This document shows positions 1 to 57,992 of a DNA stretch of 64,000 nucleotides, piece after piece. The position numbers and the translations under genes were made by a program. The notes beneath the pieces are model-generated. The model was not told the DNA's origin. It saw only the letters and a program-made list of their open reading frames with translations, and did no database searches. Each line of letters starts with the position of its first letter. Within the stretch, counting starts at the first letter, position 1. The stretch is from NCBI GenBank assembly GCA_002633005.1, contig NMRA01000423.1:222151-286150 (forward strand), read 5' to 3'. This DNA is from Phoronis australis. Taxonomy: Eukaryota > Animalia > Phoronida.

Positions 1-851
1 TCGTTAACGTAAAATAAGACGTTTTTGCAGTCGTAATGGTGGCCATATTGTCCGCCATTTTGGAATTTGGAATTTTTTGTTGTCTTAAAAATGTCTCTCA
101 CTAAGTAAATGTCATATCCTGAAATTTTCACGTTGTTATTAAAAGTATTGAGGAAGTTATTGTGAAAAAACTAATTTTGGGTCACATATACACCCATTCA
201 TTTACATGTATTCAGTGGACTAAAATAAAGGGCTAATTATCGCTCTTCAAACGTTCATAAAAAGTCAACGGCTCAACGGAATTTGTTAATTTTTTTTTTG
301 TTTGAATCTGTTTTGGATGTTTTTTTAAATCAATGCATTTTTAAATATTAAATAAGAATTTGAATTTTTTTGTCACGTCCCTAACACATGGGTATTGTAA
401 AAAAAATTAAAAAAACGTTGTCCTCCCTACTGAAAAGCCTAGAAGTATTACCTGAGAGAGAGAGTCACCAAACAACAAGAATTTTGGTATACTTAAGCAT
501 CGCGACGCAGCCAATGACGAGGACATATCAAATATGGAAAACAAATCCCGAAGATGAACTCCGTGGAATAAGCACCAGCTTGTCCCCAGCAGCTAGCGGA
601 TCGTCTGCAAGCGATTTCCGGTTAATGTGTTTGCTCTCCGCAGAGGTCTCTGCCAGCGTTCACCAGAGGGCGCTCATTCCCAAACAACAAATATGGCTGA
701 TGTGCTATGAGGAAACTGAACTTTATAACTTCGCCATTATGTCCATGTAAAGAAATGCCGACAGGAAATAATGGCGAAAGTAAACAACAGCGAGGAACAC
801 CTTTATCAGCTTTGGATGATATACGCGTCAAAGGTGAGGCACTATTAGTGT

Positions 852-2884
852 CAGGGCTCGACATAACGAGCTGCAGGTCGCATTTGCGACCTGAAATTTG
901 GAAATGCGAGCTGAGATTTTTGTCAGCTCGTATCAAGTCGCAAAATGCGACCTGGAATTTCCAACGAATGCGAGCTGAGCTTTTACACTTCTCAACAGAT
1001 ACCTGGCAAATACAAAGCAGCTCTTGTTAATCTGATCGTTATTTGGTTGTTGCCAAATCCAAGTTCAAAAGAACACTAATCGAGAATAGCCCTCCCGATG
1101 ACTTGTAAGCAAGTCGCGTGAACATGGGATATGCAGAATCGATCTCTGACGCGTTTCATTGGCTAACACTTTCGGCCACTTTTGTAAATTCCCGGATTCG
1201 AAGAAAGTTTCAGGCCACTGCTTACACGTGATAAAACTTCACAAAACAACTTTGTTTCTATTAATTCTTAAGCGATCAACTTACCAAACTTTGTGGTGGA
1301 CAAAAATGTTTATTTTTCACAGAAGATGTCCTTATTACATGTACCAAATATCCACGACAATATCCCTGGTATGGCACTGCGGCACCGTTAGCGCGCACGC
1401 GGTCCCGGCAGACAATCGTGACTTAGACTGAGATGTGCTTCTCCTTNNNNNNNNNNNNNNNNNNNNNNNNNNNNNNNNNNNNNNNNNNNNNNNNNNNNNN
1501 NNNNNNNNNNNNNNNNNNNNNNNNNNNNNNNNNNNNNNNNNNNNNNNNNNNNNNNNNNNNNNNNNNNNNNNNNNNNNNNNNNNNNNNNNNNNNNNNNNNN
1601 NNNNNNNNNNNNNNNNNNNNNNNNNNNNNNNNNNNNNNNNNNNNNNNNNNNNNNNNNNNNNNNNNNNNNNNNNNNNNNNNNNNNNNNNNNNNNNNNNNNN
1701 NNNNNNNNNNNNNNNNNNNNNNNNNNNNNNNNNNNNNNNNNNNNNNNNNNNNNNNNNNNNNNNNNNNNNNNNNNNNNNNNNNNNNNNNNNNNNNNNNNNN
1801 NNNNNNNNNNNNNNNNNNNNNNNNNNNNNNNNNNNNNNNNNNNNNNNNNNNNNNNNNNNNNNNNNNNNNNNNNNNNNNNNNNNNNNNNNNNNNNNNNNNN
1901 NNNNNNNNNNNNNNNNNNNNNNNNNNNNNNNNNNNNNNNNNNNNNNNNNNNNNNNNNNNNNNNNNNNNNNNNNNNNNNNNNNNNNNNNNNNNNNNNNNNN
2001 NNNNNNNNNNNNNNNNNNNNNNNNNNNNNNNNNNNNNNNNNNNNNNNNNNNNNNNNNNNNNNNNNNNNNNNNNNNNNNNNNNNNNNNNNNNNNNNNNNNN
2101 NNNNNNNNNNNNNNNNNNNNNNNNNNNNNNNNNNNNNNNNNNNNNNNNNNNNNNNNNNNNNNACAGTTCAAGCTAGCGCCCATCATAGCGCACTACAAAC
2201 GACCGTATGTGGTTTAAAATTGACACGCAGCTTATATGGTGTGTCACTTTCATTTTACACAACTTCAGTTTTCAAAAACGTCTTTTCACAATATGTAAAA
2301 ACCAAATCCCGGCTTTGTTTTATACCTCGGAAAGAAAGTTACTAGTGACATGCGTGTCGTTTTGTGACTGACCTATTTTTTCCGTACTTGGAAGGTATTG
2401 AAGAGCAAACTCGCCATTACCCGAGTTAGTTTGAATCTTTAACGACTTTGATGACAGACTGTAGCAGGCCAGATCTAACAAAATCTCGGATACTTTTTCA
2501 ACGGGCATTTTCTCCCTATTCACATCGCAAATTTCGCTACTCGAATGCACAAGTCAGTTAGAGAGCACTGATTGAACTTTCACGTCGGCTACTTGCCTTG
2601 CGCTCTAGAGTCTTTCAATGGCAGTCGTGAAGAACAGTAAGGCCGTACCTGCATGAATGAAGTCAATTTTGAGATCCGAAATTTGTGAGTATTTAACGCT
2701 GCAGGTAAGAGCCTAATCTAAACATTTTCTTGATGATCTAAAAAATCTATTTTGGCGCGTAAAAATGGCGGGAAAATTTTGCGACCTGGCATTTATGAAT
2801 ACGAGCTGGATTTTGAAAATGCGACCTGGGATTTTGGCTAGGTCGCAAAATGCGACCTGGCGATTTTAATAGCGTCGAGCCCTG
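852..2884. mobile_element. Non-autonomous DNA transposon with CAGGG termini (hAT-like), spanning an assembly gap
   Basis: 11-bp TIR CAGGGCTCGAC (852-862) / GTCGAGCCCTG (2874-2884); clusters of subterminal TGCGACCTG/GGTCGCA motifs at both ends; AGTGT on both flanks. Confidence 0.65.
1447..2162. other. Assembly gap (run of N)
   Basis: Continuous Ns; the X-filled ORFs across it are artefacts. Confidence 0.99.
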
Positions 2885-5780
2885 AGTGTCCTGTGAATCG
2901 TCTCGTCTGAGCCGACAGGCAATTAAATCGCCCTGGCTGCTGAATGCCGCAGGCATACAGGTCGGGTGACAGCACATCCCCATAAAAGTTATTCGTCTCA
3001 AAATACAGCGAATAAAATCAAAGAAACATGCATATATGCAATTTAGTCAACATAGCAGTAACTAATATAACTTGAACATATCCATGAAAATCTGACGCGG
3101 TTCGCTCGAGCTTCTCTCACTGGGTGTCAGTTTGAGAAAGTTACGTGAAATCACACCTGTTGGTGAACAAAAAGTCCAACGGTCATAAATCTTACAAATT
3201 GATATCTTCAATACTATTTTGCAAGTGTCAGGCGCCAAGTCATGCGCTTTGCTGAGTCTCGCGCTAGTCTCACGTAACTCAGGTGATTCATTTGAAATAA
3301 TTTGTGGTTGTTGCTTGCGGTGAAAAAGTTAATGGCGACAAAAAATGTTGTCTTAATTCTCGCAGTCATGTACAAAACCAAAAGGATAGCTAAAGAAAGT
3401 AAGCATTTTTTAAGTGATAATTTTAAGTGTAAAATGTATTTTTGGCTATGTGAAAACATCATTGACAGGATTTTGCCTATCGCCTGTTTAATATAAACGG
3501 GATGAAATTAGTACAGAAAGCAATGGGAAGTATTATAGTCCCTATCCAGCAATCTGAGGGGCTACATGTTGCCCAGTAAGCCTTTTGCCCGGCCCGTGCC
3601 GTTGGCGTTGAAAGCAATGTAAATTTTGTCTAAAGTCAATCATATCGATTCAATACGCGCCGGCATTTCAACGTTTCAACATTCACGCTGCAAACAGTGA
3701 CAGAGTTCTGTTAAGTATGTTGGAAAACATACTGCAACAATATCATTTGCGTACCGTATAGTGTTGAACAACTATAGGCTGGTTGTACAGGATCCACAGA
3801 GCTCTCCATCATATTTTGTACTACTGTTATCCCGTGTATTTTGAACGGGCGGTAGACGTAATACAGTCTGTAAATAAGTGGTTTTCGCCTAGTCAAAAGT
3901 ACATTTTACACTTATGATACCTTAAAGAAGTGCTTACACTTTCTTCAGTGATCCTTTCTGATTCTATGCATATCCTCAACGAAACATGTCTATGGGAATT
4001 ACCCCTGTACACCTCTGATAGCCTCAAGCATATTGACTGCAATGGAGTACGGTCCTTAGTTTTGTTGACAGAATGAAGAACTATTCATAAAAAACATCGA
4101 CTGCTGAAGTATTTTGTCATTCAAAGACCTCCCATTGTGCTGCGAAATTATTTATAGTAGTTAGCCAAAATAAAGCGTTATTTTGTTGAAAATCTTCCAT
4201 TGTGCATATTAGGATGTGCCGTCATCTAGTCTGTGACTAGGTACTTACTATCCCATTTTAGCCATAGGGCTTCCAAACTGATTTTTAACAATTTGTCTTT
4301 ATGTACAAAAACCCAAAACTTTAGTTTTTGAGCTAAAACACCATCGTTTCTGGTATTGAGCAGTTGAGGCAAATTTCACAACCGTCCAAATTAACTCAGT
4401 TTCTGAATTTTGTCAATTTGGGTCATCAATGCGAGCCCAAATTGATACAGTTTGCCCAAACTGACATTATAATTTGTGCATTAAGTTGTGTCAGTTTTTA
4501 GCCATTGTGTTTATATAGCATGTTGAAAGAATAGAGAATTCACTAAGTTGAGCTGGTACGCTTCTGGAGTCCTCTCTACTTAAAGGAGCATGCCACCCAA
4601 AAAACAACCTAATTTGTATCAATTTAGATCTAGTAGTTCTACTCCATAACGACAGGTACGGTTGCATTACCTGACACCTGACGGCAGACGGAGGTGTTGA
4701 AATTATCCAATGACGTCATCGGTTTCACACGCAGTCTGTTCAGCAGTTCACAACACGGGTTACTGGTGTCAGCTTATCGCTTGAAGTCATCGTTTAACAC
4801 CAATAAATCATCAAACTTCGATGTAAAACCCTTAAAAATACACCGAGTTCTTATAAAAACGTGTTGTTTTATTTCGCTCTTACGGATTTATTGGTTGGAC
4901 ATACCATAGCCTACAAAGTTCGGCAGCAGGCCAATGTCTGTAGCAGGAGTTTGGGGTCTGTTCGGAGATAATTTCGAAGTATTTTCTGTGAGATACAGAC
5001 AGGAGAACCTAGATCTGTGTTGTTTAGACGTGTGATTTTTTTAGTTCTAAACACAAAACGTTTGTTATCCTGGCCAGTGGCTCGGAACCCAATCAGGCCC
5101 GTCGCAGCCGGCCGGATTGACTGGCGTTATCCCTGCCAGTGGCTCGGAAACTGATCAGACATCACGAACATAAACCACCCAAAGTTCAGTGGAAACTAAA
5201 CTTCCAGTCAAGAAAATACTATACTTGTGAGCCAAAGTAATGTGCACGTGATTAAGTTGGTGAATTAGCCACGAAACTGCAAATCTACTTACTTGTCGGG
5301 GGCCGCGAATTCAGGTTCCGCTTCTGCCACAGCACTGTCAGGGCAGAAGTTGTACATTGACAATCATTATTTGAGTAATGTAAATGTAAATAAAGATTCC
5401 CCTAACACCTGGCAGTGAGATGGAAATCGAGTTGTTTCGCAACAGTTTCTGCCAGCAAACACTAAATTAGCAAATGAGCTCACATGGCCTCGGTGTCCCG
5501 TCAATTAGTTTTATTGCACCTAAAGCCAGTAACGCAGTGATTTATTCATTGCTGGCTTCTCAAATCATTTGCACTCACAAACACTCCAAAGGCATTACAA
5601 ATTGCATCTAATGTGACAGACTTTGTTTTAGTTTTATGTAAGTATTGGTTAGGGTGAGAATAATTCATTTTGAAACAGAACGCTCAGTAATAAACGCCAA
5701 CATTGCAACTCTCAGGCCCGTCTTAAGACGAGCTAGAGCTCATCAGTCCCGACTTCGCAGGTGGATCGTTAAATTTTACA

Positions 5781-5860
5781 GGCTATCAATTCGAACAGGA
5801 ATACAGTGATGAAGAAATACTAGAGAGGCGCTGTGAACAAGCTCAGATAACGGAATGTAT
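5781..5860 (+). pseudogene. KolX-like N-terminal remnant
   Basis: GYQFEQEYSDEEILERR matches the GYMFEPEYNEAE motif of the 7763 ORF and has the same orientation within its element. Confidence 0.5.
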
Positions 5861-5903
5861 GGAGTTATTTGGTAAGCCGGCATTCGTCAGGCACTTTCGA
5901 CGT

Positions 5904-6088
5904 CTGCAGGCCACAGACACGGAGATGTTTCACGGCCGCATACTTGCTATTTTCAGCATACATTTCATTCTTCACTACTATGAGCCACTTACTAAGCATT
6001 TTGGACTCTCGAGGTTTTAATAAAACGATATACCCGCTTTCCTCGCAGCTGCTTAGTTCGGACAAACGAGAACGATGCACCGCAACAT
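5904..6088 (-). pseudogene. Degenerate THAP domain
   Basis: MLRCIVLVCPN*AAARKAGISFY* (frameshift) PRESKMLSKWLIVVKNEMYAENSKYAAVKHLRVCGLQ aligns by eye to PMDDTLRRTWLVRVKNAALPVHATYKAVENYRVCGKH of the neighbouring element. Confidence 0.75.
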
Positions 6089-6310
6089 AGCGGCATTCAC
6101 TCTGCATATGAACCACTGACGTCGCTAGCGTCGTTTCTCACCTTCCTCACAGGTTAACGCGACACCTCTTGGCAAGGTAAGGTCGACCGTATGCGAGGCG
6201 ATGTGGATATAGACCGATTAAGACGGGTGGCATTCTCCTTTAATGAGAGTTGTTTTCACCAATGATTATTCTGAGAAAGGAAATTTAACACGTTTGCTGA
6301 TTTAAAATTA

Positions 6311-7123
6311 GGGCTGTTCCAGCAAAATCTGTATGGGAGGGGGGGAAGGCACTTTTATTTCGTACCCATCGCCCATATTTTTCATTTATTTCTCCAACCC
6401 ACGACCCATAATTTTTTAATTATTTTTAATAGGTTAAAATATAAAATCCAACACTTGCAAACAAATTGCCTCCAGGAGGACCTGTTAAGAACTTAGATGA
6501 TTGACAGACAAGAACTAGTTGTCTTGTCCAATATTGTCAAAAACTAAAGTAGCCTGTGAGCAATACTTTTGGCAGCCACCAGGTGTCTCTGTTCACCATG
6601 TGTCTATAATTTCAATGAACATTTTTTTCAATTATAAGGATCTATGAATCTCAAACTGTCTCCACGAACTGTTTTATACTTCTATGTCAAGTGAATATTG
6701 GAACTTGTTTATCGTACTCCTCATACTTTTTATTTAAAAATCATCAATTTTCTTATATGTGTTAACACCAGTTTAGTGTTGCATAACTTTTCAATTCAAT
6801 AGGACTGCAGACAAACAGTTGGCTCAAATCAAGTTGCCCATGACTCGATTAATGGCTTAGTGAACAGATTGCACTCTGTTAATATGGGCTTTTTTGTATT
6901 GGGATAAGTTGGGATATATGCCAATTGCATTTTTTTGAGTTTTGAGGGCTGAAGTAACTAACCTGTCAACATGAACACGTCAAAAAAATACCACCCATTT
7001 TTCATGCATCACTTCTTACAGGAACAACCACCCATAATTTGAGTTTTTTTCTGAAGACCACCACCCATGAATTTTTATTTCTACTGCCGTCCCCCCCCCA
7101 CAGGGATTTTACTGGAACAGCCC
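6311..7123. mobile_element. PIF/Harbinger-like MITE, copy 1
   Basis: TIR GGGCTGTTCCAG(C/T)AAAATC; TTA TSD at 6308-6310 and 7124-7126; nearly identical to 12074-12889. Confidence 0.85.
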
Positions 7124-7213
7124 TTAGTATACTGTTCAATACATTTAATTAAGTCCTAGGGTGACAAGGGCTTTCAAATTCATTATAATAATTGAAAATT
7201 AACTTTTTTGCAG

Positions 7214-52051
<44,838 letters not shown>

Positions 52052-52225
52052 GGCTCAACCTGTTATTAATTTCATGAAGAATTGGGATACCGATTCAACC
52101 TGGTAGTAATGAAAGTGTTATATAATGACTCGGCTAGGTATGGGCATGATGAAAACAATTTGACGGAGGTTCAGTTGTCTGTGAGCTTGGTGAAAAGTGT
52201 TGGTGACTCAAGTAGGGGTTGGTAA

Positions 52226-53815
52226 TTAACTGCTGGCTTCATTAGTTGTGAGTACATGGTGTGAGATTTGAGGGGACACTATCGTTTTTTCAGCTGAAAA
52301 CACATTTTTGGAATCATTGCTGGGTGAGATAGACTCCTTTATAAGTTCTTAGCTTTGACCAGAATTATTAAATAGCAGAATGCGTGCTGCTTTTCTGGCT
52401 TCATCGCATATCGCCAACTCTCACCGTTGTGTGTCAGTCAGTTGTGGCTTGTGACTTTACCAGACTAGTACGCTTTGAGACACTGACATTTTTCAACTGG
52501 GATTTATCTCCATCAACAGAGTATTGACCGCAGGGGTTAAAGGCTCTAATCCACGTGGAGGCAGATCTCAGAAAATCTCTTTTCTCGCCGATAATGTCTC
52601 TTTCATAGCACCTAAGTTAAAGAATGTTTAATTAATAGATGGCTTACTTTGGTGTGAGCGCATAGATGAAGACTCATCGGGTTGAAAGTTTCCTCTGTTT
52701 CATCATTTGTTATATTAGCAATAAGATTGTGGAATGAATGTGCGGTTGAGACTTAATTGTGGGCATATGTCAACTGATGAGGGTTCTATTAGCGGGTAGC
52801 TTTAGAAGGGATTCACTGTGGCTTATTGTGGTTTTAAAGTTGCACAAATTACCAAATTGACAGACTTCTTAGAACTTGAGACAGAACAAGTTGCAAGTTT
52901 GCATAATTCCACAAAAGCTCAGTGACTTGATTCTGATAGGCATTGTTGGTCGTTCAGCGAGTCGTCAGCTTCCATATGCTTTACTAGATCTAGGTCACTG
53001 AACTATATANTTAACTGCTGGCTTCATTAGTTGTGAGTACATGGTGTGAGATTTGAGGGGACACTATCATTTTTTCAGCTGAAAACACATTTTTGGAATC
53101 ATTGCTGGGTGAGATAGACTCCTTTATAAGTTCTTAGCTTTGACCAGAATTATTAAATAGCAGAATGCGTGCTGTTTTTCTGGCTTCATCGCATATCGCC
53201 AACTCTCACCGTTGTGTGTCAGTCAGTTGTGGCTTGTGACTTTACCAGACTAGTACGCTTTGAGACACTGACATTTTTCAACTGGGATTTATCTCCATCA
53301 ACAGAGTATTAGACTGTGACCGCAGGGGTTGCAGGCTCTAATCCAGGTGGAGGCAGATCTCAGAAAATCTCTTTTCTCGGCGATAATGTCTCTTTCATAG
53401 CACCTAAGTTAAAGAATGTTTAATTAATAGATGGCTTACTTTGGTGTGAGCGCATAGATGGAGACTCATCGGGTTGAAAGTTTCCTCTGTTTCATCATTT
53501 GTTATATTAGCAATAAGATTGTGGAATGAATGTGCGGTTGAGACGTAATTGTGGGCATATGTCAACTGATGAGGGTTCTATTAGCGGGTAGCTTTAGAAG
53601 GGATTCACTGTGGCTTATTGTGGTTTTAAAGTTGCACAAATTACCAAATTGACAGAAAATCAGTTTGTGACTTCTTAGAACTTGAGACAGAACAAGTTGC
53701 AAGTTTGCATGATTCCACAAAAGCTCAGTGACTTGATTCTGATAGGCATTGTTGGTCGTCCAGCTAGTCGTCAGCTTCCATATGCTTTACTAGATCTAGG
53801 TCACTGAACTATATA
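52226..53815. repeat. ~790-bp tandem duplication joined by a single N (likely two haplotypes)
   Basis: 52226-53009 and 53011-53815 are near-identical apart from SNPs and small indels; N at 53010. Confidence 0.85.
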
Positions 53816-54305
53816 AATTATAGACATGCATAATTAAAGAATTTGGAGGCAAATCACCAGTAGTAATACCATTTCAAATGCTGCCTCCCATCTTGCTGTG
53901 ATAATGTTGTGCCAGACTGGTGTTTAAGAGTTGGTGCCATAGGAATTGATGATAAAGCTTATTTTTAAAACAGTAGTTGGTGATAATAGTTGTAAGGTGT
54001 CTCTTCAGATGAATAAGGAAATTATTTTGTGCTTGACTGTAAGATGTCTGGTCAGCCTTCTGAAGATTGGCAGATCAGGGTTCTTTACAAAAGAAGGTTA
54101 AGTTCTGACGTGGTTGAGCTTTGTTCAGGCATGGCATATTAATTGGTCAGAGTTTGATCAATGAAGCAGTGTTATGACTGCTTGAACTAGCCATATAATT
54201 TTTATGAGATGCCTTTGTAATGGCCGTCTTGTTGTAATTAGCTGATGTTCCATCGTCTTGGTAGTCTGATCTGCCATGAGGTAAAAATTCGTGCATGTGG
54301 TTTAA

Positions 54306-54367
54306 CTCATTCGCCCCTATTCACCATATGGTAAATATAGTTTTTGGTCTCCCTGACAGGGAATGAG
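54306..54367. mobile_element. Tiny TTAA-flanked element (piggyBac-like MITE remnant)
   Basis: TTAA-CTCATTC...GAATGAG-TTAA. Confidence 0.4.
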
Positions 54368-56851
54368 TTAAATGAATACCAATTTCTTCACCAAACTAAG
54401 TTCATGTGCAGTAGCATGTTTGAGCTTTCCAAAAGGCAGAATATCCTCGAAATAGCCAATCAGACTACTGGATTTTGTCATGTGTCTTGTTAGAACTGCC
54501 TTGTCCACTAAATGTTGTGCTTCTTAAATTGGGTTGTGAAGACTTAATAAGTTAGTGAGTCTCTGTGATATATATACTGCATAAACAAGATAATATTGTA
54601 TAAATATGGCCAGATTGTTAACTGTGAAAATGCATTTTATGGTAGAATAAGCCAGTTTCAGACAAAATCAAAGCCAAAATGTGCTGGCTTTATTTTTATT
54701 TTCATTTTTCCGGGGTGCTGAATGCCAGCAGTTTTTCAAAACTGTTTGTTGGTAACTATGGTACAAAATTTGAGCATAAATTAGGTGCTGCATTCTAGTA
54801 TGCTAGATGGAAAGAATGAAAAAAATAAATTTCACTTGCCGGCCACATTGTGTCCTCAATTGGGGAAGCTTTACCATAACCCGAAAAAATGCAATTCTTA
54901 AATGTTTGGAGGCTGGATTACTTATGTTTGATTATCCAGGTGGTGGATACTTGTACACTGGTGTATAATAAGTTTGTTCACAGTATTTTTGTAAGAATGT
55001 TAGCGTTGAATAAATTAATGTCTTTCACCTTCTTAATATGCAGACAAAAGTTATGCACGTGCATCCCTGGCTTCGCAAAAATGATTCATAGAATAATCAG
55101 AATTTGTACGTGGTACAGCGTTGTTTATTCAATCCACAGTACCCGAAACGTTCACGTTTTGACATCATACTCTACTTTAAAAATTCTTCAGTTTGAAACA
55201 CAGTGTGGCAGACAGGTGAAATTTCATTTTGTCAAATTTGTCTACAAAAATGACTTTTCAATGAAGTTCAGTTTATCATCCTCAAGGAGTGTATCAAAGC
55301 ACAAGAAACAGGGTCACTAGTAATAAAATCAACTGAACAAAAACTCACTGGTAAAGCATGTTCTACTTGGCTATTTTCAAACATTTGATATCTTGAGCAT
55401 TTGAAACAATATGCAAGCCTCTGTATTGCAATTTGTTCCAAATTGAAGAATTTATACCAGAAGGTTTTGCTGCGTGTGCCAAAACTAATTTAAAGTACTT
55501 TTAGCCGTTTTGTGCAAACATTAAATTTTCAATCTCATTCTCTTGTGGTCAGTAGGAGTCACGTGACTTATTGATATTGATCAGTTGAAATAACTCTTCT
55601 AGTGGTGATTTTGGTTATCAAAGACAAAACTCATGAATCAAATCACTTGTTGTAAGTTATGAAATGGGATTCATCTTGTTCATTTAAAGGACAATGACCT
55701 CAGACACACCCCATCAAAAATCAACTTATAATGGAGACCTTTTACTGTAACTGGACTCATTTTAAATTCTTACTCAGATTTCCATGGAAATTTCTTGGCT
55801 TGAGAAGAACTGATGTATCGTTGTCTTAGACTATGCCTGTTTAGTACCCTGTCATGAGTGGTTAGTATGCTGCCCTGGCATTATGGATGTGGGGGAATTT
55901 CAGGCGAGAAGACATAATTTCAATTTAAGTAAAAGATATTAGGTACATGATGACGTTGCTTTGGCAAAGCAAATATGCCAGTAAAGAAACTCTAAACACC
56001 AGGGTGTGGTTTATGGTGGTTTTAACAAAAAGTTAGCTGTGATTTCTGAGTTTCTTTGCCTGGTTGCATGAAGGGACTAACCTAAATCTTTGCTTATTTG
56101 TTTCGTTCGTAACTCAAATAATGATGTACTATTTTTCTATCATTTAAGCTCTTATTTGACTAATGACATTTTATAATTATGTAACTAAAAACTGACTGAG
56201 TTAGAACAACTAGGGACTTAGTCCTTAAATTGAGGGCATTGCATGAAAAGGTCCCTTCGTATTTTCAATAATACTGAGAATTCGATGTAGAATTCACTCT
56301 CTATTTTTATCAAAGCCAAAAATTGGCTCTAACAGTGTAAGAGCAATTGGTGTTCTCACAAGCCCACAACTACGCAGTATATTTAGGGAACTCGATCGAG
56401 TCTCTATTTGGAACTGCTTCATGAAACCAGACACAGATGTACAGTACTAGGAGTAAAGTCAATATAGTCACCACATGTATACAGATTACAGTTCATTTTT
56501 GTGCAGAGTAAGTGAGGGATTGCCATAATACTAAATGACCAGTGATTGCAAAGATATGCACTTTTGTCTAGCAGCTTTGCTCTTAAGCAATATTGTGTAA
56601 ATGTTATGTTAGGCTGAAATTTATAAAGACAAAAGATGTAACTTTGTATCAAACAAAGTTCCTATCAGTGTGTCTGTTTTTAGTATTGTAAGGGTTATAT
56701 GCTTATGTTGCTGTTAATTTTCAATGTGACACTTGATGCTAAAACAGAACAAATGGACATTTGGATGTGAAGATACCATCTGACATGTTATTCTTAAAGT
56801 TGATCACAAATCATGATTTTGTAATCCATGTGATTTTAAAGAACTTTTCAG

Positions 56852-56857
56852 AATAAA
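56852..56857 (+). terminator. Candidate distal polyadenylation signal of NBEAL
   Basis: AATAAA at the end of a long TGT/T-rich, 3'UTR-like tract. Other AATAAA hexamers occur upstream, so this assignment is uncertain. Confidence 0.3.
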
Positions 56858-56886
56858 GTTGATTATCACAGTAACAAGAGCTTTTC

Positions 56887-56973
56887 AAAAACAAATTTTC
56901 AATTACAGCATGTCTAAAAACAAATTTTCAATTACAGCATGTCTAAAAACAAATTTTCAATTACAGCATGTCT
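56887..56973. repeat. 29-bp tandem repeat x3
   Basis: AAAAACAAATTTTCAATTACAGCATGTCT repeated three times. Confidence 0.92.
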
Positions 56974-57451
56974 GATCTTCATTTTACTCGGACAGATTCA
57001 AATGTTCTAGTTTTTTAACTTGGCCCTTTCCAGTAAGCCAGTATTTCACTACCAATTTTCACTCAAATAATACGTATTGAATTGAATACAAATCAACACC
57101 AACAGACCAGTTTCGTTGTTAAAATTGCTATCAATTTTAAAAAGTTGGATTTTGCTTGTTTCACAGTTAGGCGCATACATTTAATTGTCCCTTTAATGAA
57201 GGCGACTTACAGACAGAAATTAGGCCTTATACTCCCATGTCACATCACATATTCTGCACTTTTGGTCAAGTGAGACTTCATTATTTTTCAGTAAAAGTTA
57301 TGTAGACCGCCACACCAAATTTCTGTCTCAAGTCATTTTTCATGAAACAGACCTCAAGATATAAGCACAGTTTCACATATCAGTGTGTTAACCTAAAGAC
57401 ACACACATCCAGAACAAACTTTCAAGTGATGAACTAGTATGGTTAAAATAA

Positions 57452-57457
57452 TTTATT
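57452..57457 (-). terminator. Candidate polyadenylation signal of the acyl-CoA dehydrogenase gene
   Basis: TTTATT on + (AATAAA on -), about 540 nt downstream of the stop codon. Confidence 0.4.
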
Positions 57458-57992
57458 AAGACAATCAACAATAAACAATACAATGGAGGTTGTTTTTTCT
57501 TTCAAGTCACACCTTTTGAACATTTTGCGCTGATTCTTCAATATTACTCGGCAATTATTAACACTTAACATACACAGGGTGATAAAAAATACACAACTCC
57601 ATTGTTTGGGGATCAGACAGTTTGCCTGACTTGCAGTGTCTCGCACCAGACTGGAATATAAAGTTCGGCCAACTTCGTTATTCCACCCTGACGGCTTAAC
57701 AGACTGCTGCTATGACTTGAAATTTGTGAAATTATCATAACAGCAGTTTTGTGGGTTAAAATTGACAGAAATTGAAAATCATCTTGCTTCATAGGAGTTA
57801 TAATAAAACCCAGATTAGAAATTATACAGTCATTTTACAATAAGTTGAAATTTTCACTCCATGATTTTGTCAATTTTCAAAGTAAGAGACAAAAAGTTGT
57901 CAAATTTCAATTAACTATAATTGTACCAGAATATTGTAAAGTACAGACATTTGCCTATCACAGTGAATTTATATTATCCAAAGCCTGCATCA

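Larger units (their letters stand above)
4584..6239. mobile_element. Older non-autonomous Kolobok-type element with THAP and KolX remnants
   Basis: TTAA at 4580-4583 and 6240-6243; 15-bp TIR AGGAGCATGCCACCC / GGGTGGCATTCTCCT with one mismatch; internal coding remnants. Confidence 0.8.

Noticed and set aside
707-850. CPCKEMPT motif suggesting a third KolX remnant
   Set aside because: The downstream EC.CC and upstream FEPE motifs are absent, the segment lies in a short DNA hairpin, and no matching Kolobok termini were found.
1335-2217. Three long ORFs of 247-283 aa
   Set aside because: They consist almost entirely of X residues from the N gap.
3332-3496. MATKNVVLILAVMYKTK as the NBEAL first exon
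   Set aside because: Only superficial similarity, and no GT donor at the required position.
52226-53815. Apparent tandem duplication in the NBEAL 3' region
   Set aside because: The copies are joined by a single N and differ by allele-like SNPs and indels, so this is most likely an uncollapsed haplotype overlap at a contig join.
54889-55320. 143-aa ORF between the two genes
   Set aside because: AT-rich with no recognisable motif or splice context; probably a chance ORF in UTR or intergenic DNA.
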